Positions 9,626 through 19,313 of a stretch of 64,000 nucleotides of DNA are shown piece after piece. The stretch is from Parcubacteria group bacterium (GTDB taxonomy: Bacteria > Patescibacteriota > Minisyncoccia > Moranbacterales > UBA11712): positions 39,527-103,526 of the forward strand of contig JBAZXV010000002.1 of the NCBI GenBank assembly GCA_041659685.1, given 5' to 3'. The notes under the pieces were generated by a model that saw only the letters and a list, made by a program, of their open reading frames with translations, was not told the origin of the DNA and ran no database searches. How positions within the stretch are numbered: position 1 is the first letter of the stretch; each line of letters begins with the position of its first letter. Position numbers and translations under genes: made by a program.

Positions 9626-11179
9626 ATGCCTTCATTAAACTGGATCGGGAAAGAAGCCGTTGCAAACCACGATAAAGAGGTACCTTTTAAGCTGCTCCGA
9701 AAAGTTAAATCGGCCTCGGTAGGTGAAAATTCGCAAAATTTAATAATGCACGGGGATAATCTTGAGGCGCTGAAAGCCCTCATGCCTTTTTATGTTGGAA
9801 AAATAAAATGTATATACATTGATCCGCCGTACAATACCGGCAATGAAAAATGGATATATAACGACAGGGTTAATTCACCGAAAATAAGAAAGTGGATTGG
9901 TAGGGTGGTTGGAAGCGAAGCAGAAGATCTATCACGTCATGACAAATGGCTTTGCATGATGTATCCACGGCTAAAAATGTTGAAAGATTTATTGAGTAAT
10001 AACGGTGCTATATTTATCTCAATTGACGATGATGAGGGGCATTATTTGAAAGCTTTGTTGGATGATATTTTTGGTAGAGAAAATTTTGTCGCAAATATTA
10101 TTTGGGAAAAAAAGTATTCCCCTCAAAATGATGCGAAGTGGTTGTCCGATAGTCATGATCATATTTTGTTGTATGCAAAAGAGAAAGCCGTATGGCGCCC
10201 CAATCTATTGCCCCGAACGGAAGAGATGAATAATCGGTATAAAAATCCAGATAATGATCCACGTGGTTTATGGAAGTCGAGTGGTTTAGATGTGAAAACA
10301 TATTCAGCACATTATGATTTTCCAATAACAACACCCTCTGGCAGAACGGTGCAACCACCGCGAGGTGCTTGTTGGCGTGTATCAAAAGATCGATTTAAAG
10401 AATTAGTTGAGGATAATAGGATTTGGTTCGGGCCTGCAGGAAATAATGTGCCGTCAATAAAAAGATTTTTATCAGAAGTTCAAGATGGTGCAGTTTCTAA
10501 GACTATTTGGCTTAGAAAGGAAGTTGGTGACAATCAAGAGGCGAGGCAAATTTTGAAAGAACTTTTTCCTGAAAAGCACACTGATCTTTTTAATACGCCT
10601 AAACCCGTTAGACTCATTAATCGCATTCTTCAACTTTCGGTTGGCAAGAATGATTTGATCCTTGACTCCTTTGCCGGATCTGGGACAACTGGCCATGCGG
10701 TTTTGAATTTGAATAAGGAAGACGGCGGGAATAGGAAATTTATTTTAGTTGAAATGGAAGATAAAGTTGCCAAAGACATTACTGCCGAACGGGTAAAACG
10801 GGCGATCAAGAAATATAGATATAAAGACGGATTTGAATATTGCGAGCTAGATAAACCGCTGTTCAATGAAAAAGGGCAAATTGAGGAATCATGCGACTTT
10901 AACCAGTTTGCCACTTATATTTATTTCACGGAAACACAAAGGAACATTGATAAGAAAAGAATTAAAGGCAATTTTATTGGAGAGCTTGGCGGAACGGAAT
11001 ACCATCTGATCTATAAGGAAAAATATAAAAATGTTTTAAATGAATCTTTCTTAAAAAAGATTAAAAAAAGTGATAATAAAAAAGTGATTTATGCGGATAA
11101 GTGCCTGCTGGATGATGAAACACTAGCGAAATACAATATCCAGTTTAAGCAAATTCCGTATGAGGTTAAGGTTTATTGA
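9626..11179 (+). CDS. mod: Type III restriction-modification methyltransferase
   Basis: YIDPPYNTG, DSFAGSGTTGHA; upstream of Res. Confidence 0.92.
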   Translation: MPSLNWIGKEAVANHDKEVPFKLLRKVKSASVGENSQNLIMHGDNLEALKALMPFYVGKIKCIYIDPPYNTGNEKWIYNDRVNSPKIRKWIGRVVGSEAEDLSRHDKWLCMMYPRLKMLKDLLSNNGAIFISIDDDEGHYLKALLDDIFGRENFVANIIWEKKYSPQNDAKWLSDSHDHILLYAKEKAVWRPNLLPRTEEMNNRYKNPDNDPRGLWKSSGLDVKTYSAHYDFPITTPSGRTVQPPRGACWRVSKDRFKELVEDNRIWFGPAGNNVPSIKRFLSEVQDGAVSKTIWLRKEVGDNQEARQILKELFPEKHTDLFNTPKPVRLINRILQLSVGKNDLILDSFAGSGTTGHAVLNLNKEDGGNRKFILVEMEDKVAKDITAERVKRAIKKYRYKDGFEYCELDKPLFNEKGQIEESCDFNQFATYIYFTETQRNIDKKRIKGNFIGELGGTEYHLIYKEKYKNVLNESFLKKIKKSDNKKVIYADKCLLDDETLAKYNIQFKQIPYEVKVY

Positions 11180-11180
11180 T

Positions 11181-11966
11181 ATGACTAAAAAGGGAAACGA
11201 AAGGATAGAGAAGTTAATAAAGGAAAGCGGAAATAATTTTCATTATCAGGTTGTAAATTTTTTACGTGAAAAGGCTTGGACTGTTTTAGTGAGTCCATAC
11301 TATAATGATTCTTTATCTGATAAATCCAAAGAGATTGATATAGTTGCAGAAAAGATTATCAACATTAAGGATAAGGTATTCGGAACAACTTTCGGTCAGC
11401 TTAAAATACGTTTTTTCATTGAATGTAAATACATAAATAATGATATTGCATTTTGGTTTGATGAAAGGGATAAAAATAAGGCTCGAGAATTAGTTATAAA
11501 GTCAACACCCTTAAAAGAGAATAATAGTTTTACGGACAAACACCATTATTTGGTTGATCAACCGGTGGCGAAACTATTTAGCTCAAATGCTAATAAGGAG
11601 GATGTAATATATAAAGCTCTGTCTCAAAGCCTTAATTCAATGATATATTTTGAAGGTAATCGTATTATTGTTGGCGAAGATTTTAGATCGGAAAATTATT
11701 ACACAATAAAATATCCAATAATTCTGTGCAATGGTTTTTCAAAATTTTACAAAGTAGAAGGAAGTGATTATTCACCCATTGATTATAATTTCCAATTGGA
11801 AGTGAACTACGCATACTTAGATAAAAATAAAAATAGCAGAAATGATTATCATTTGATAGATATTATTGACTTCAACAAACTGGATAATTTCTTAATAGAT
11901 TTAGAAAATGCAGACATTTCTGCGATTAGCGAAGTGCTTGCTTGGGATTGGAAAAACAATAATTAA
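11181..11966 (+). CDS. PD-(D/E)xK nuclease-like protein inserted between mod and res
   Basis: EIDIVAEK...FFIECK motif. Confidence 0.65.
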   Translation: MTKKGNERIEKLIKESGNNFHYQVVNFLREKAWTVLVSPYYNDSLSDKSKEIDIVAEKIINIKDKVFGTTFGQLKIRFFIECKYINNDIAFWFDERDKNKARELVIKSTPLKENNSFTDKHHYLVDQPVAKLFSSNANKEDVIYKALSQSLNSMIYFEGNRIIVGEDFRSENYYTIKYPIILCNGFSKFYKVEGSDYSPIDYNFQLEVNYAYLDKNKNSRNDYHLIDIIDFNKLDNFLIDLENADISAISEVLAWDWKNNN

Positions 11967-11971
11967 CCTAT

Positions 11972-14236
11972 ATGCAACTCAAAAAATATCAACAAAGGAC
12001 AATTGAAAAAGTTCAGGATTATTTGAAAGAACTTGCGAAGGCTGAGCCGAAATATGCTTTTATGGGATTGACTAATCAGCCATATAATAGCGACTTCTTC
12101 GGAGAAGTACCCTTTGTTTGCATAAAAATTCCAACTGGTGGTGGAAAGACGCTGGTCGGTTGTCATGTTGTCCGAGAAATTATGCAAACAATTCTTAAGC
12201 ATAAGATGGAACGGGGAATTGTGATGTGGTTTGTCCCTTCAGAAGCAATCAAGAGCCAAACACTTCGGAAATTCAAAGATCGCACGGATTGGCATAGGAG
12301 AATTTTGGATGAATCCTTTGAAAACGGAGTGAGGATTTTTTCCAATGAAGAGGCTTTGCGAATTAGGAAAGCGGACGTGAAGGACAATTTATGCATTATC
12401 ATTTCCAGCCTGGACGCTTTCCGAAAAGAAAAGAAGTTGCAGAATAAATACAAAGTCTATCAGGAAAATGGGGCATTGCTGGATCACTTTGAAAATATTC
12501 AAGAAAATGACGTTTTGGAAAAGGACGAGGAGAAAACGGTTATTAACTCACTAGCGAACGTGGTGAGGATGGATAACCCGCTTGTGGTGGTGGACGAGGG
12601 GCATAAAACAAAAACCCAGCTTTCCATTGATTTCTTGAAAGACTTGAATCCCAGTTTTATCATCGAGTACACGGCCACACCAAGAGGCGGAAGCAATATT
12701 TTGGTTGATATTTCTGCTTCCGAACTCAAAGAGGAACAAATGGTTAAAATTCCGATTGTGCTGGAAAGCGTCACGCAATGGCAGAATGCCGTGTCGGAAG
12801 GAATCGCTAAAAGGAAAGAATTGGAAAAAGAAGCCAAAAAACTCAAAGGTGAATATATCCGTCCGATAGTGCTATTGCAAGCCCAGCCGAAAAGCACGAC
12901 AAGCAATAATATTACAGTGGAACAGCTCAAGGAATTTTTACTAAATGCCAAGATAGCCGAAGACGAGATCGCCATCAAAACATCCGAAAGGAATGACATT
13001 GAGGGGGTGGATTTATTCAGCCGGAAATGCAAAATCCGCTATATTATTACGGTCAATGCTTTGGCCGAAGGATGGGATTGCTCCTTTGCCTATGTTTTAG
13101 TATCAGTTGCCAATTTGGGAGCTAAAATCGCCGTAGAGCAGATTATAGGGCGCATTATACGTATGCCAGAAGCAAAGAAAAAAGAGATCGAAGATTTAAA
13201 CCGCTCTTATATTTTTGCGTCAGCCCGGAACTTCAACGAATCAGCCACACAAATTATTTCCGGTTTGGAACACAATGGATACAGCCGGTTTGATCTAATC
13301 GCTTCAAAGCAAATTGGCGAAGCATATGAGTTAGAAGTTGAGCGTACAGTTAATAAAGATTTTTATGCTTCCATGATGAGCTTTGGGAACAAAATGCTAA
13401 CTTTTGAGGAATTGATAGGCGAAGATTTTGAACTGGCCAAACAGAATGCCGAATTTGACTTTGAAAATCACTATGACAATGACGGGCGGGCAATTATTGA
13501 TATTAGGGAGGATAAATGGATCAAGGGTAAACAGCAGACGTTGAAACTAACCATTCACGACAAAAATTTTTCCAAGGAGGAGCTAATTCAATGGCTGGAC
13601 AAGAGATTACGATTTATTTTGCTAGATAAAAGCGACAAAGTTGGATTTATCACGAAGGCCTTGGATTATCAATTAAAACACCGGTCTCTATTAGAGCTTT
13701 CAATTAATCGTTTTATCTTTTTGGAAAAACTCAATGAAGTGATAAATGGGATCTTGGAGGCATATGCAAAAAAGCGGTTTGATAAATTTATTGCTAGTAA
13801 GAAAATTTCAGTCAAGACATTTGATAAATTTCCAAAGACAATAATTTTGAATCAAGAAATACCTCAAGAGTTCAATAAAAGCTACTACAAGAAAATAGAC
13901 AAACTTAATAAAGAAGAATTAGCAATGATAGACAGGCTAGATTTGCAAACTTTGCCTAATATTGATTTCTGGATTCGCAACAGGGAAAAGAAAGACCCGT
14001 TTTATATTCAGGGCTGGCGGAAAGGAAAATTCTATCCAGACTTCATCGCTATTACCAAGAAAGGAAATATTGTCGCATTGGAATGGAAGGGAGAAGACAG
14101 AATTAGCAATGAAGACACGGGCTACAAAGTTTTGATTGGCGAACAATGGGCGAAATTAGGAAAAGGAAAATCGTATTTCTTTTTGGTGCATAATAAAAAT
14201 ATAGAGGAAGTGTTAAGCGGTTTGAAAAAATTATAG
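11972..14236 (+). CDS. res: Type III restriction enzyme Res subunit
   Basis: PTGGGKT, DEGH, TATP, EGWD, QIIGRIIR, C-terminal YPDF...EWKG nuclease. Confidence 0.9.
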   Translation: MQLKKYQQRTIEKVQDYLKELAKAEPKYAFMGLTNQPYNSDFFGEVPFVCIKIPTGGGKTLVGCHVVREIMQTILKHKMERGIVMWFVPSEAIKSQTLRKFKDRTDWHRRILDESFENGVRIFSNEEALRIRKADVKDNLCIIISSLDAFRKEKKLQNKYKVYQENGALLDHFENIQENDVLEKDEEKTVINSLANVVRMDNPLVVVDEGHKTKTQLSIDFLKDLNPSFIIEYTATPRGGSNILVDISASELKEEQMVKIPIVLESVTQWQNAVSEGIAKRKELEKEAKKLKGEYIRPIVLLQAQPKSTTSNNITVEQLKEFLLNAKIAEDEIAIKTSERNDIEGVDLFSRKCKIRYIITVNALAEGWDCSFAYVLVSVANLGAKIAVEQIIGRIIRMPEAKKKEIEDLNRSYIFASARNFNESATQIISGLEHNGYSRFDLIASKQIGEAYELEVERTVNKDFYASMMSFGNKMLTFEELIGEDFELAKQNAEFDFENHYDNDGRAIIDIREDKWIKGKQQTLKLTIHDKNFSKEELIQWLDKRLRFILLDKSDKVGFITKALDYQLKHRSLLELSINRFIFLEKLNEVINGILEAYAKKRFDKFIASKKISVKTFDKFPKTIILNQEIPQEFNKSYYKKIDKLNKEELAMIDRLDLQTLPNIDFWIRNREKKDPFYIQGWRKGKFYPDFIAITKKGNIVALEWKGEDRISNEDTGYKVLIGEQWAKLGKGKSYFFLVHNKNIEEVLSGLKKL

Positions 14237-14256
14237 GCATTTTATCAAAAGATAAC

Positions 14257-14886
14257 TTGAATAAACCAGAACATAAAAAAAGATTTGAAGAGTTGTTCAG
14301 ACTATTTACAGAAGCCCATTTATGCTTTTTTGTATGGAGGGGATTGCAGAAGAAAGAATACGAGAAATACTGGAAAAGAGATTCAAATTTTTGGAATGCC
14401 GTAATTTATTCATTACAAAGAACTTGGTTTCAAGCACTTGCTAATATTTATGAAGATTCGTCATATAGTAAAAAGAATAAAGTTATATCCGTTTACTCCC
14501 TTGTTTTGTTTCAAGAGGATGAGAAAAGAAGATCGGAATTAGAGAATATTTTGGATTCCAATAAAGTAGTTATTGAAAATATATCAAAACTTCGCCATCA
14601 TCAGTTATCTCATAATAATGCGAACTTCTTGTTAAATCCTAAATTAATGCTTCAGAAGTTTCCAATTAAACATGGTGATATTGAAAGACTTTTGCAATCA
14701 ACCGAAGAATTGCTTCGCTATCTCCATCCAGAAAATAATCATAGTTTTGCAATTTCAGGATTTGATGAAAAATGCGAAAAAGATTCCGGTAATATAATGA
14801 AAAAAATAGAATATTATCTTAAAAGAGAGAGGGAACACCAAGAAGAGATTCATTCAGGTAAAAAACCATATTCTGATTTTCCGTAG
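14257..14886 (+). CDS. AbiU2-like HEPN protein
   Basis: All-helical, LANIYED and KLRHHQLSH motifs; TTG start. Confidence 0.6.
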   Translation: MNKPEHKKRFEELFRLFTEAHLCFFVWRGLQKKEYEKYWKRDSNFWNAVIYSLQRTWFQALANIYEDSSYSKKNKVISVYSLVLFQEDEKRRSELENILDSNKVVIENISKLRHHQLSHNNANFLLNPKLMLQKFPIKHGDIERLLQSTEELLRYLHPENNHSFAISGFDEKCEKDSGNIMKKIEYYLKREREHQEEIHSGKKPYSDFP

Positions 14887-14902
14887 CAATTGATATTCCC
14901 TA

Positions 14903-14931
14903 TTGTAATTTCTTAAAAAGTGTAGTAGAAT
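14903..14931 (+). promoter_or_regulatory. Sigma70-like promoter firing across the element junction
   Basis: TTGTAA-17bp-TAGAAT. Confidence 0.45.
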
Positions 14932-15026
14932 GTAAGTGTAAATTAACAACTTAATTCAGCTTTACATAAACAAGTTGATTCTTTGATCAACTTTTGCGAA
15001 AGTCCTGCTTCTTTTCTCCCGGAGAA

Positions 15027-15132
15027 CACCTCCTTTCTAGGGAGATACGGTGATATAGTGATATTCGTATCACTACAAACCTATACGGTCGTTAATAGAT
15101 TCAAGGCATACAGGGCAACCGCAAAAATTTGC
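15027..15132 (+). repeat. Junction repeat copy 1: 16S rRNA 3'-end (anti-SD) plus trailer; putative att site
   Basis: CACCTCCTTTCTAGGGAGATACGGT, hairpin TAGTGATA-TTCG-TATCACTA, GGTCGTTA, GGGCAACCGCAAAAATTTGC. Confidence 0.75.
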
Positions 15133-15212
15133 AATTACAAGCTGAAAAATACCTCTTTGGTAATTTTTGGGCAAGAAGACTTACAGTTTCCGAATTGTAG
15201 GTCTTTTTGTTT

Positions 15213-16295
15213 ATGAACGCCGAAAACAACATCTCCCCAAGAAGAGCTAGTTCCTACGCACATACGGATAGGGAGACTTGCTACATTTCCGACCATTTGG
15301 AAGGGTTTATGGAATACGGTGAGTATGAGCTGAATCTCGCGAAAATCACGATGGTCAAATACAAGGACGGGCTGATACATTTCACGAAGTATATCGGCGA
15401 CAAGGATGTGCGCGACATCACGCAGGCGGACATCATCAAGCTGAAACGCCTTATGCGGGAAAAGGGAGTGGGAGCATTGAGAGTCGGGACGGTTATTTGG
15501 GCTTTGCGAAGTTTTATGAATTATTGCAACAATTTTTTGGGCGTGCGGACTATAAACCCGAAATCAATAAGACCCCCGCGTGCCCCGAAGAGAGAAGTGA
15601 TTTTCCTCACGAAAGAGGAAGTCGGGCAGTTCGTCGATTCAATCGACACCTCAAAATTGATGGGGCTTCGTTTCAGGGCGTTGGTGGAAATCATTCTTGG
15701 GACGGGAATGAGAATCAGCGAAGTCTTGTCGCTCAACAGAAAAAACATCCCCTGGGAAAGCAAGGAAGCGAAAATCATCGGAAAAGGCAACAAGGAACGC
15801 GCGGTTTTCTTTACGGACAGGGCTTTAACTTGGATTCGGCGGTATTTGGAAAAAAGGTTTGATTCCAACGAGGCGGTGTTCGCGACGGAAGACGGGATGA
15901 GAAGGCTGAAACTGGACGACATATCGAAGTTTTTCATCGCGGCGCGGAAGAAGGCGGGAATGGACAAGCTCATCACGCCCCACATTTTGCGCCACACCGT
16001 TGCGACGAATTTGGTTTTCAATGGCTGTCCGCTTCCGCACGTCAAGGAGATTTTGGGGCACGAACTGCTGGATACGACTTGCAAATACTACCTTGGCGTG
16101 GACAAGGAACAAGCGAAAAAAGCTCATCGCGAATATCTAACTTTTAACACTTGGGAATCAAGACCAAGAAATGACCAACAACTACGAGAAAAAAGAGAAC
16201 GGCAAGAACGCGACCGGCAGGCCGCCGAAGTTCAGTTCGCCCGAAGAAATGGAAAGGATGGGAATGGAGCATATCGAGGAATGCAGGAAGAATGA
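15213..16295 (+). CDS. Tyrosine integrase adjacent to left junction
   Basis: TGMRISE, GKGNKER, HILRH, LGH...TTCKYY; C-terminal tail overlaps the next gene by 125 nt. Confidence 0.92.
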   Translation: MNAENNISPRRASSYAHTDRETCYISDHLEGFMEYGEYELNLAKITMVKYKDGLIHFTKYIGDKDVRDITQADIIKLKRLMREKGVGALRVGTVIWALRSFMNYCNNFLGVRTINPKSIRPPRAPKREVIFLTKEEVGQFVDSIDTSKLMGLRFRALVEIILGTGMRISEVLSLNRKNIPWESKEAKIIGKGNKERAVFFTDRALTWIRRYLEKRFDSNEAVFATEDGMRRLKLDDISKFFIAARKKAGMDKLITPHILRHTVATNLVFNGCPLPHVKEILGHELLDTTCKYYLGVDKEQAKKAHREYLTFNTWESRPRNDQQLREKRERQERDRQAAEVQFARRNGKDGNGAYRGMQEE

Positions 16296-16596
16296 CAAAC
16301 CTATCACCATTACGGGAATTTGCCTAAAACTGGACACAACCCGCCAGACTTTGCTGGATTATGAGAGGAAGAACGAGTTTTCTGACACGGTAAAAAGGCT
16401 TAAACTGCACGCCGAGAACTATGCCGAGGAAACTTTATACAACAAGAACGGGCGGGCGGTAGTCGGCGCGATTTTCGCGCTCAAGAATTTCGGCTGGAGC
16501 GACAAAATGGAATTTGAAAACAGCTACAAGCCTCAAATTATGACCGAGGAAGAACGGGAGAAAATGCGCGAGAGAATAAGGAATTTTGATGAGTAG
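16171..16596 (+). CDS. Terminase small subunit / DNA-packaging gp3-like protein
   Basis: GRPPKF...PITITG...RQTLLDY...GAIFALKNFGWSDK pattern. Confidence 0.8.
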   Translation: MTNNYEKKENGKNATGRPPKFSSPEEMERMGMEHIEECRKNDKPITITGICLKLDTTRQTLLDYERKNEFSDTVKRLKLHAENYAEETLYNKNGRAVVGAIFALKNFGWSDKMEFENSYKPQIMTEEEREKMRERIRNFDE

Positions 16597-16659
16597 AACT
16601 TTGAAAACGAAAGGCAAGTTGGTTGTGTTTTTGGTTTTTTGGCGTATAATATAGATACA

Positions 16660-16820
16660 ATTGAATGTCCTAACCCTAGCGGATTTTCCCTAGGTATGGC
16701 GCATAATCCACTGCAACATAGAGACGGCTTTCTGTCTCGTTATCGCGTTGCAGTGGTTGCCGCCCGAAAGGGTGGTAGGTGAGTTCCGAAAGGCACTTAC
16801 CGACGAGCGGGAAGCCTTTT
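16660..16820 (+). ncRNA. Candidate structured RNA upstream of Xer-like recombinase
   Basis: TATAAT at 16645; 10-bp stem 16708-17/16747-56 with inner hairpin; two GAAA-tetraloop hairpins with G-U pairs; GC-rich against AT-rich flanks. Confidence 0.55.
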
Positions 16821-16843
16821 GTGTTTGTTGGAGGCTATGACGC

Positions 16844-16886
16844 CGTTATAACATTGCTTTCCGTTATAACATTTCACGTTATAACA
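16844..16886. repeat. Three CGTTATAACA repeats (palindromic GTTATAAC core)
   Basis: Copies at 16844, 16862 and 16877, directly before ATG 16891. Confidence 0.85.
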
Positions 16887-16890
16887 GCCT

Positions 16891-17814
16891 ATGGACATAA
16901 AATCATTAGAAACTATGCAAGACATAGATTTTCTCCAATATACGGCGAAGCGGATTTTTGATTTGCTGGATATAAGCGAAAACACCCGCGAAGACTATAA
17001 GTCGCGGGTTTATTTGTATTTGCGATTTGTTCAAGAAAACGGATACAACTTTAACAGCTTTCTCGACTTCAAAAGGGAATTGGAAAAAAGAACGGATTTG
17101 AGCACGGCGACAAAAAACAAATACTTGGCGACGGCAAAGATATTTCTCAAGGAACTGAATCGGCAAGGAATTATTCCCGCTGACATTACGCAAAATATAA
17201 AAACCTTCAAGCAAAGCAAGAAGCATAAACGGGAAGGCTTGAATGATGGTGAAATAAAATTGCTGGTTGATAGGTTCAAGCAGTTGCCAGCCACATCCGA
17301 AAGCACCCGTCTCAAAGCTATTTTAAGTCTGTTGATTTTTCAGGGGCTTCGCCAGATTGAAATTGTAAGGCTGGATATAAAGGATTTAGACTTCACGGCA
17401 AAGATGGCTTTCGTGCTAGGCAAAGGAAGGGACGACAAGGAATCGATAGATTTGCATCCTGAAACAATCAGGAATCTCAAGGAATACCTCAAAACAAACA
17501 AAATAGCGGACGGCGCGTTATTCACAAATAGAAGCAACAATGGAAAGGGTAAAAGAATCACGACCCGTGCTTTACGCGGTATAATCAAAACCATCCTTAA
17601 AGATTTGAAAATTGACAAGACTACGCACGGCTTCCGCCATTATTTCACTTCGAAGCTCATTGAGACTTACAAGGGCGATTTGCTGGAAGTTGCCCGCTAT
17701 ACCCGCCATAAGAGCCTTGAAATGTTGCAAGTCTACAATGACAACATCAAGCGCAAAGCCGATTTGCCGAGATATTATGAGACTTTCGGGGGCATAAAGT
17801 TATCAAGCGATTAG
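16891..17814 (+). CDS. Xer-like tyrosine recombinase
   Basis: GLRQIE, GKG, HGFRH, RHKSLEMLQVY. Confidence 0.93.
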   Translation: MDIKSLETMQDIDFLQYTAKRIFDLLDISENTREDYKSRVYLYLRFVQENGYNFNSFLDFKRELEKRTDLSTATKNKYLATAKIFLKELNRQGIIPADITQNIKTFKQSKKHKREGLNDGEIKLLVDRFKQLPATSESTRLKAILSLLIFQGLRQIEIVRLDIKDLDFTAKMAFVLGKGRDDKESIDLHPETIRNLKEYLKTNKIADGALFTNRSNNGKGKRITTRALRGIIKTILKDLKIDKTTHGFRHYFTSKLIETYKGDLLEVARYTRHKSLEMLQVYNDNIKRKADLPRYYETFGGIKLSSD

Positions 17815-17840
17815 TTTGAAATAAAAAGTAAAATAAAAAT

Positions 17841-18242
17841 ATGTTCTACGAAACATTCAGTTGGTGGGGATTGTTAGTTGTTTGCGTTGCGCTGGGATAT
17901 TCGCAGCAAATCGGAGCTTACGGCAGGGGACGGAAAAGCACGAAAATAGAAAACGTTTCCAATTTGCTGATTGTTATCGTATTCGTTGTCTCTTTTTTCA
18001 TAAGCGGTGTTTGGGGCGGAGTATTTCTTGTTTTGGCTTTCATTGTGGTAAATTCGACCATCACAAAATATATTATAAAGGCGACATTCCAAAAATCAAT
18101 CCGCTATACGCCGTTGGATAGGGAGGAAGTGCAAAGGCAGGTTATGGATGAGTTTATGGAGAAAAACAAAAATGTCGGCGATGGGTTCAGTATCGTGGAT
18201 GTTGAGAGGGAAGTAAGGAGGAGATTGAACATCAAAGATTGA
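17841..18242 (+). CDS. Small membrane protein
   Basis: About 3 hydrophobic helices. Confidence 0.65.
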   Translation: MFYETFSWWGLLVVCVALGYSQQIGAYGRGRKSTKIENVSNLLIVIVFVVSFFISGVWGGVFLVLAFIVVNSTITKYIIKATFQKSIRYTPLDREEVQRQVMDEFMEKNKNVGDGFSIVDVEREVRRRLNIKD

Positions 18243-18259
18243 ACGGATTTCAGCCTTGA

Positions 18260-18287
18260 ACTTCCGATAACTATAATTACAGGAAAT
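18260..18287 (+). other. dif-like recombination site (11-6-11)
   Basis: ACTTCCGATAA-CTATAA-TTACAGGAAAT, followed by palindrome TATGACC-AAAT-GGTCATA as in element 1. Confidence 0.7.
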
Positions 18288-18476
18288 AGAAAAATATGAC
18301 CAAATGGTCATATCCAAAACACGGAAAAACGAAGCGAGCGGAAGCAAAGAAATAATTTTTTCGACACGCAAAACAAACCCGACCATCACCCCCCCACCCC
18401 CGTCTTGCCAATTAAAGTAGTATGTCGACGCTTGCCTCGCGCAAAAATAAAAAGACCTAAAAAATAAAATAAGAAA

Positions 18477-19148
18477 ATGAACAGAAAAATAAAAAGGTTT
18501 TTCAAAAGGCACTGGATAGAGATAATCATCCTCGCGGGAATTTATGCAATAGCGTTCGACAACAGGATTCCTTCGGGATTGGAATACAGACTGGGAAGAG
18601 GATATTTCGTTCCTTACGACAGCCATTTCCTTTTTTGGGTGAAACGAGGAACGCTCATAACTACGCGGGAATTGAGGTATTGGGCGATTATCTCGCCTTT
18701 GCAGTATGTTTTTTTGGCACTGGGACTAGTATTGCTTTTCAGGAAATACGTTCTGCCTTCGGTGAAGAAAGAGGGGCAAAAAAGAATCGTGCTTGTAGAC
18801 GACGAACAATTTATGCTGGATGTGTATAAAAATAAATTTCAAGAAAACGGCTATGCGGTTAAAACATACTTTATCCTTGAAGATGATTTCATAAAAGAGA
18901 TAGCCGACTTCAAGCCCGATGTTATTATGACCAACATCACGATGCCAAACATTGACGGCTTCCAATTCACGGAAAAACTCAAAAATAACGAAATGACCAA
19001 AAACATCAAAGTCGTCGCTTTAACCACTTGCAGCAGCCGTGAGGATAAAAGGAAAGGCTTTGCAGTCGGTATGGAGGATTATCTCGTCAAATCCAAATTC
19101 ACCCCCGATGAGGTTGTGAGGGAGATTGGCGATATTTTAAGGGATTGA
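18477..19148 (+). CDS. Membrane-anchored receiver-domain protein (phosphoacceptor Asp replaced by Asn)
   Basis: Two TM segments; LVDDE...PDVIMTNITMPNIDG...DYLVK. Confidence 0.8.
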   Translation: MNRKIKRFFKRHWIEIIILAGIYAIAFDNRIPSGLEYRLGRGYFVPYDSHFLFWVKRGTLITTRELRYWAIISPLQYVFLALGLVLLFRKYVLPSVKKEGQKRIVLVDDEQFMLDVYKNKFQENGYAVKTYFILEDDFIKEIADFKPDVIMTNITMPNIDGFQFTEKLKNNEMTKNIKVVALTTCSSREDKRKGFAVGMEDYLVKSKFTPDEVVREIGDILRD

Positions 19149-19313
19149 AATGCAGGAGTGTGAGAGATTATAATATCACCACGCCACCACCTTGTTATTA
19201 TGCAACTGCCTTGCGAAAAAAGAAAAAGACCCCTCAAATAAGCGGAAAAACTTTACTTTTCGCGGTTTTCAGAGTAGAGTGGAAAAGGAAATGGTTGAAA
19301 TAAAAAGGAAATT

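Larger units (their letters stand above)
1..15046. mobile_element. Integrative element 1 (left end outside window): Xer-like recombinase, cargo, replication module, integrase, type III RM
   Basis: Two tyrosine recombinases, zf-CHC2 plus AAA_25 replication genes and defence cargo; ends at the CACCTCCTTTCTAGGGAGAT junction motif; architecture parallels 15027-38830. Confidence 0.75.

Noticed and set aside
15027-15046. Annotating an rRNA gene from the anti-SD match
   Set aside because: Only the terminal ~10-12 nt match; upstream sequence lacks the 16S helix 44/45 motifs (e.g. AAGTCGTAACAAGG).
16150-16295. Functional C-terminal extension of the left integrase
   Set aside because: It is the alternative frame of the terS 5' end; more likely read-through after a lost stop.
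15213-17814. Classical integron (IntI with attC sites)
   Set aside because: No IntI-specific insertion recognised and no GTTRRRY/RYYYAAC attC-type hairpins seen after cargo genes.
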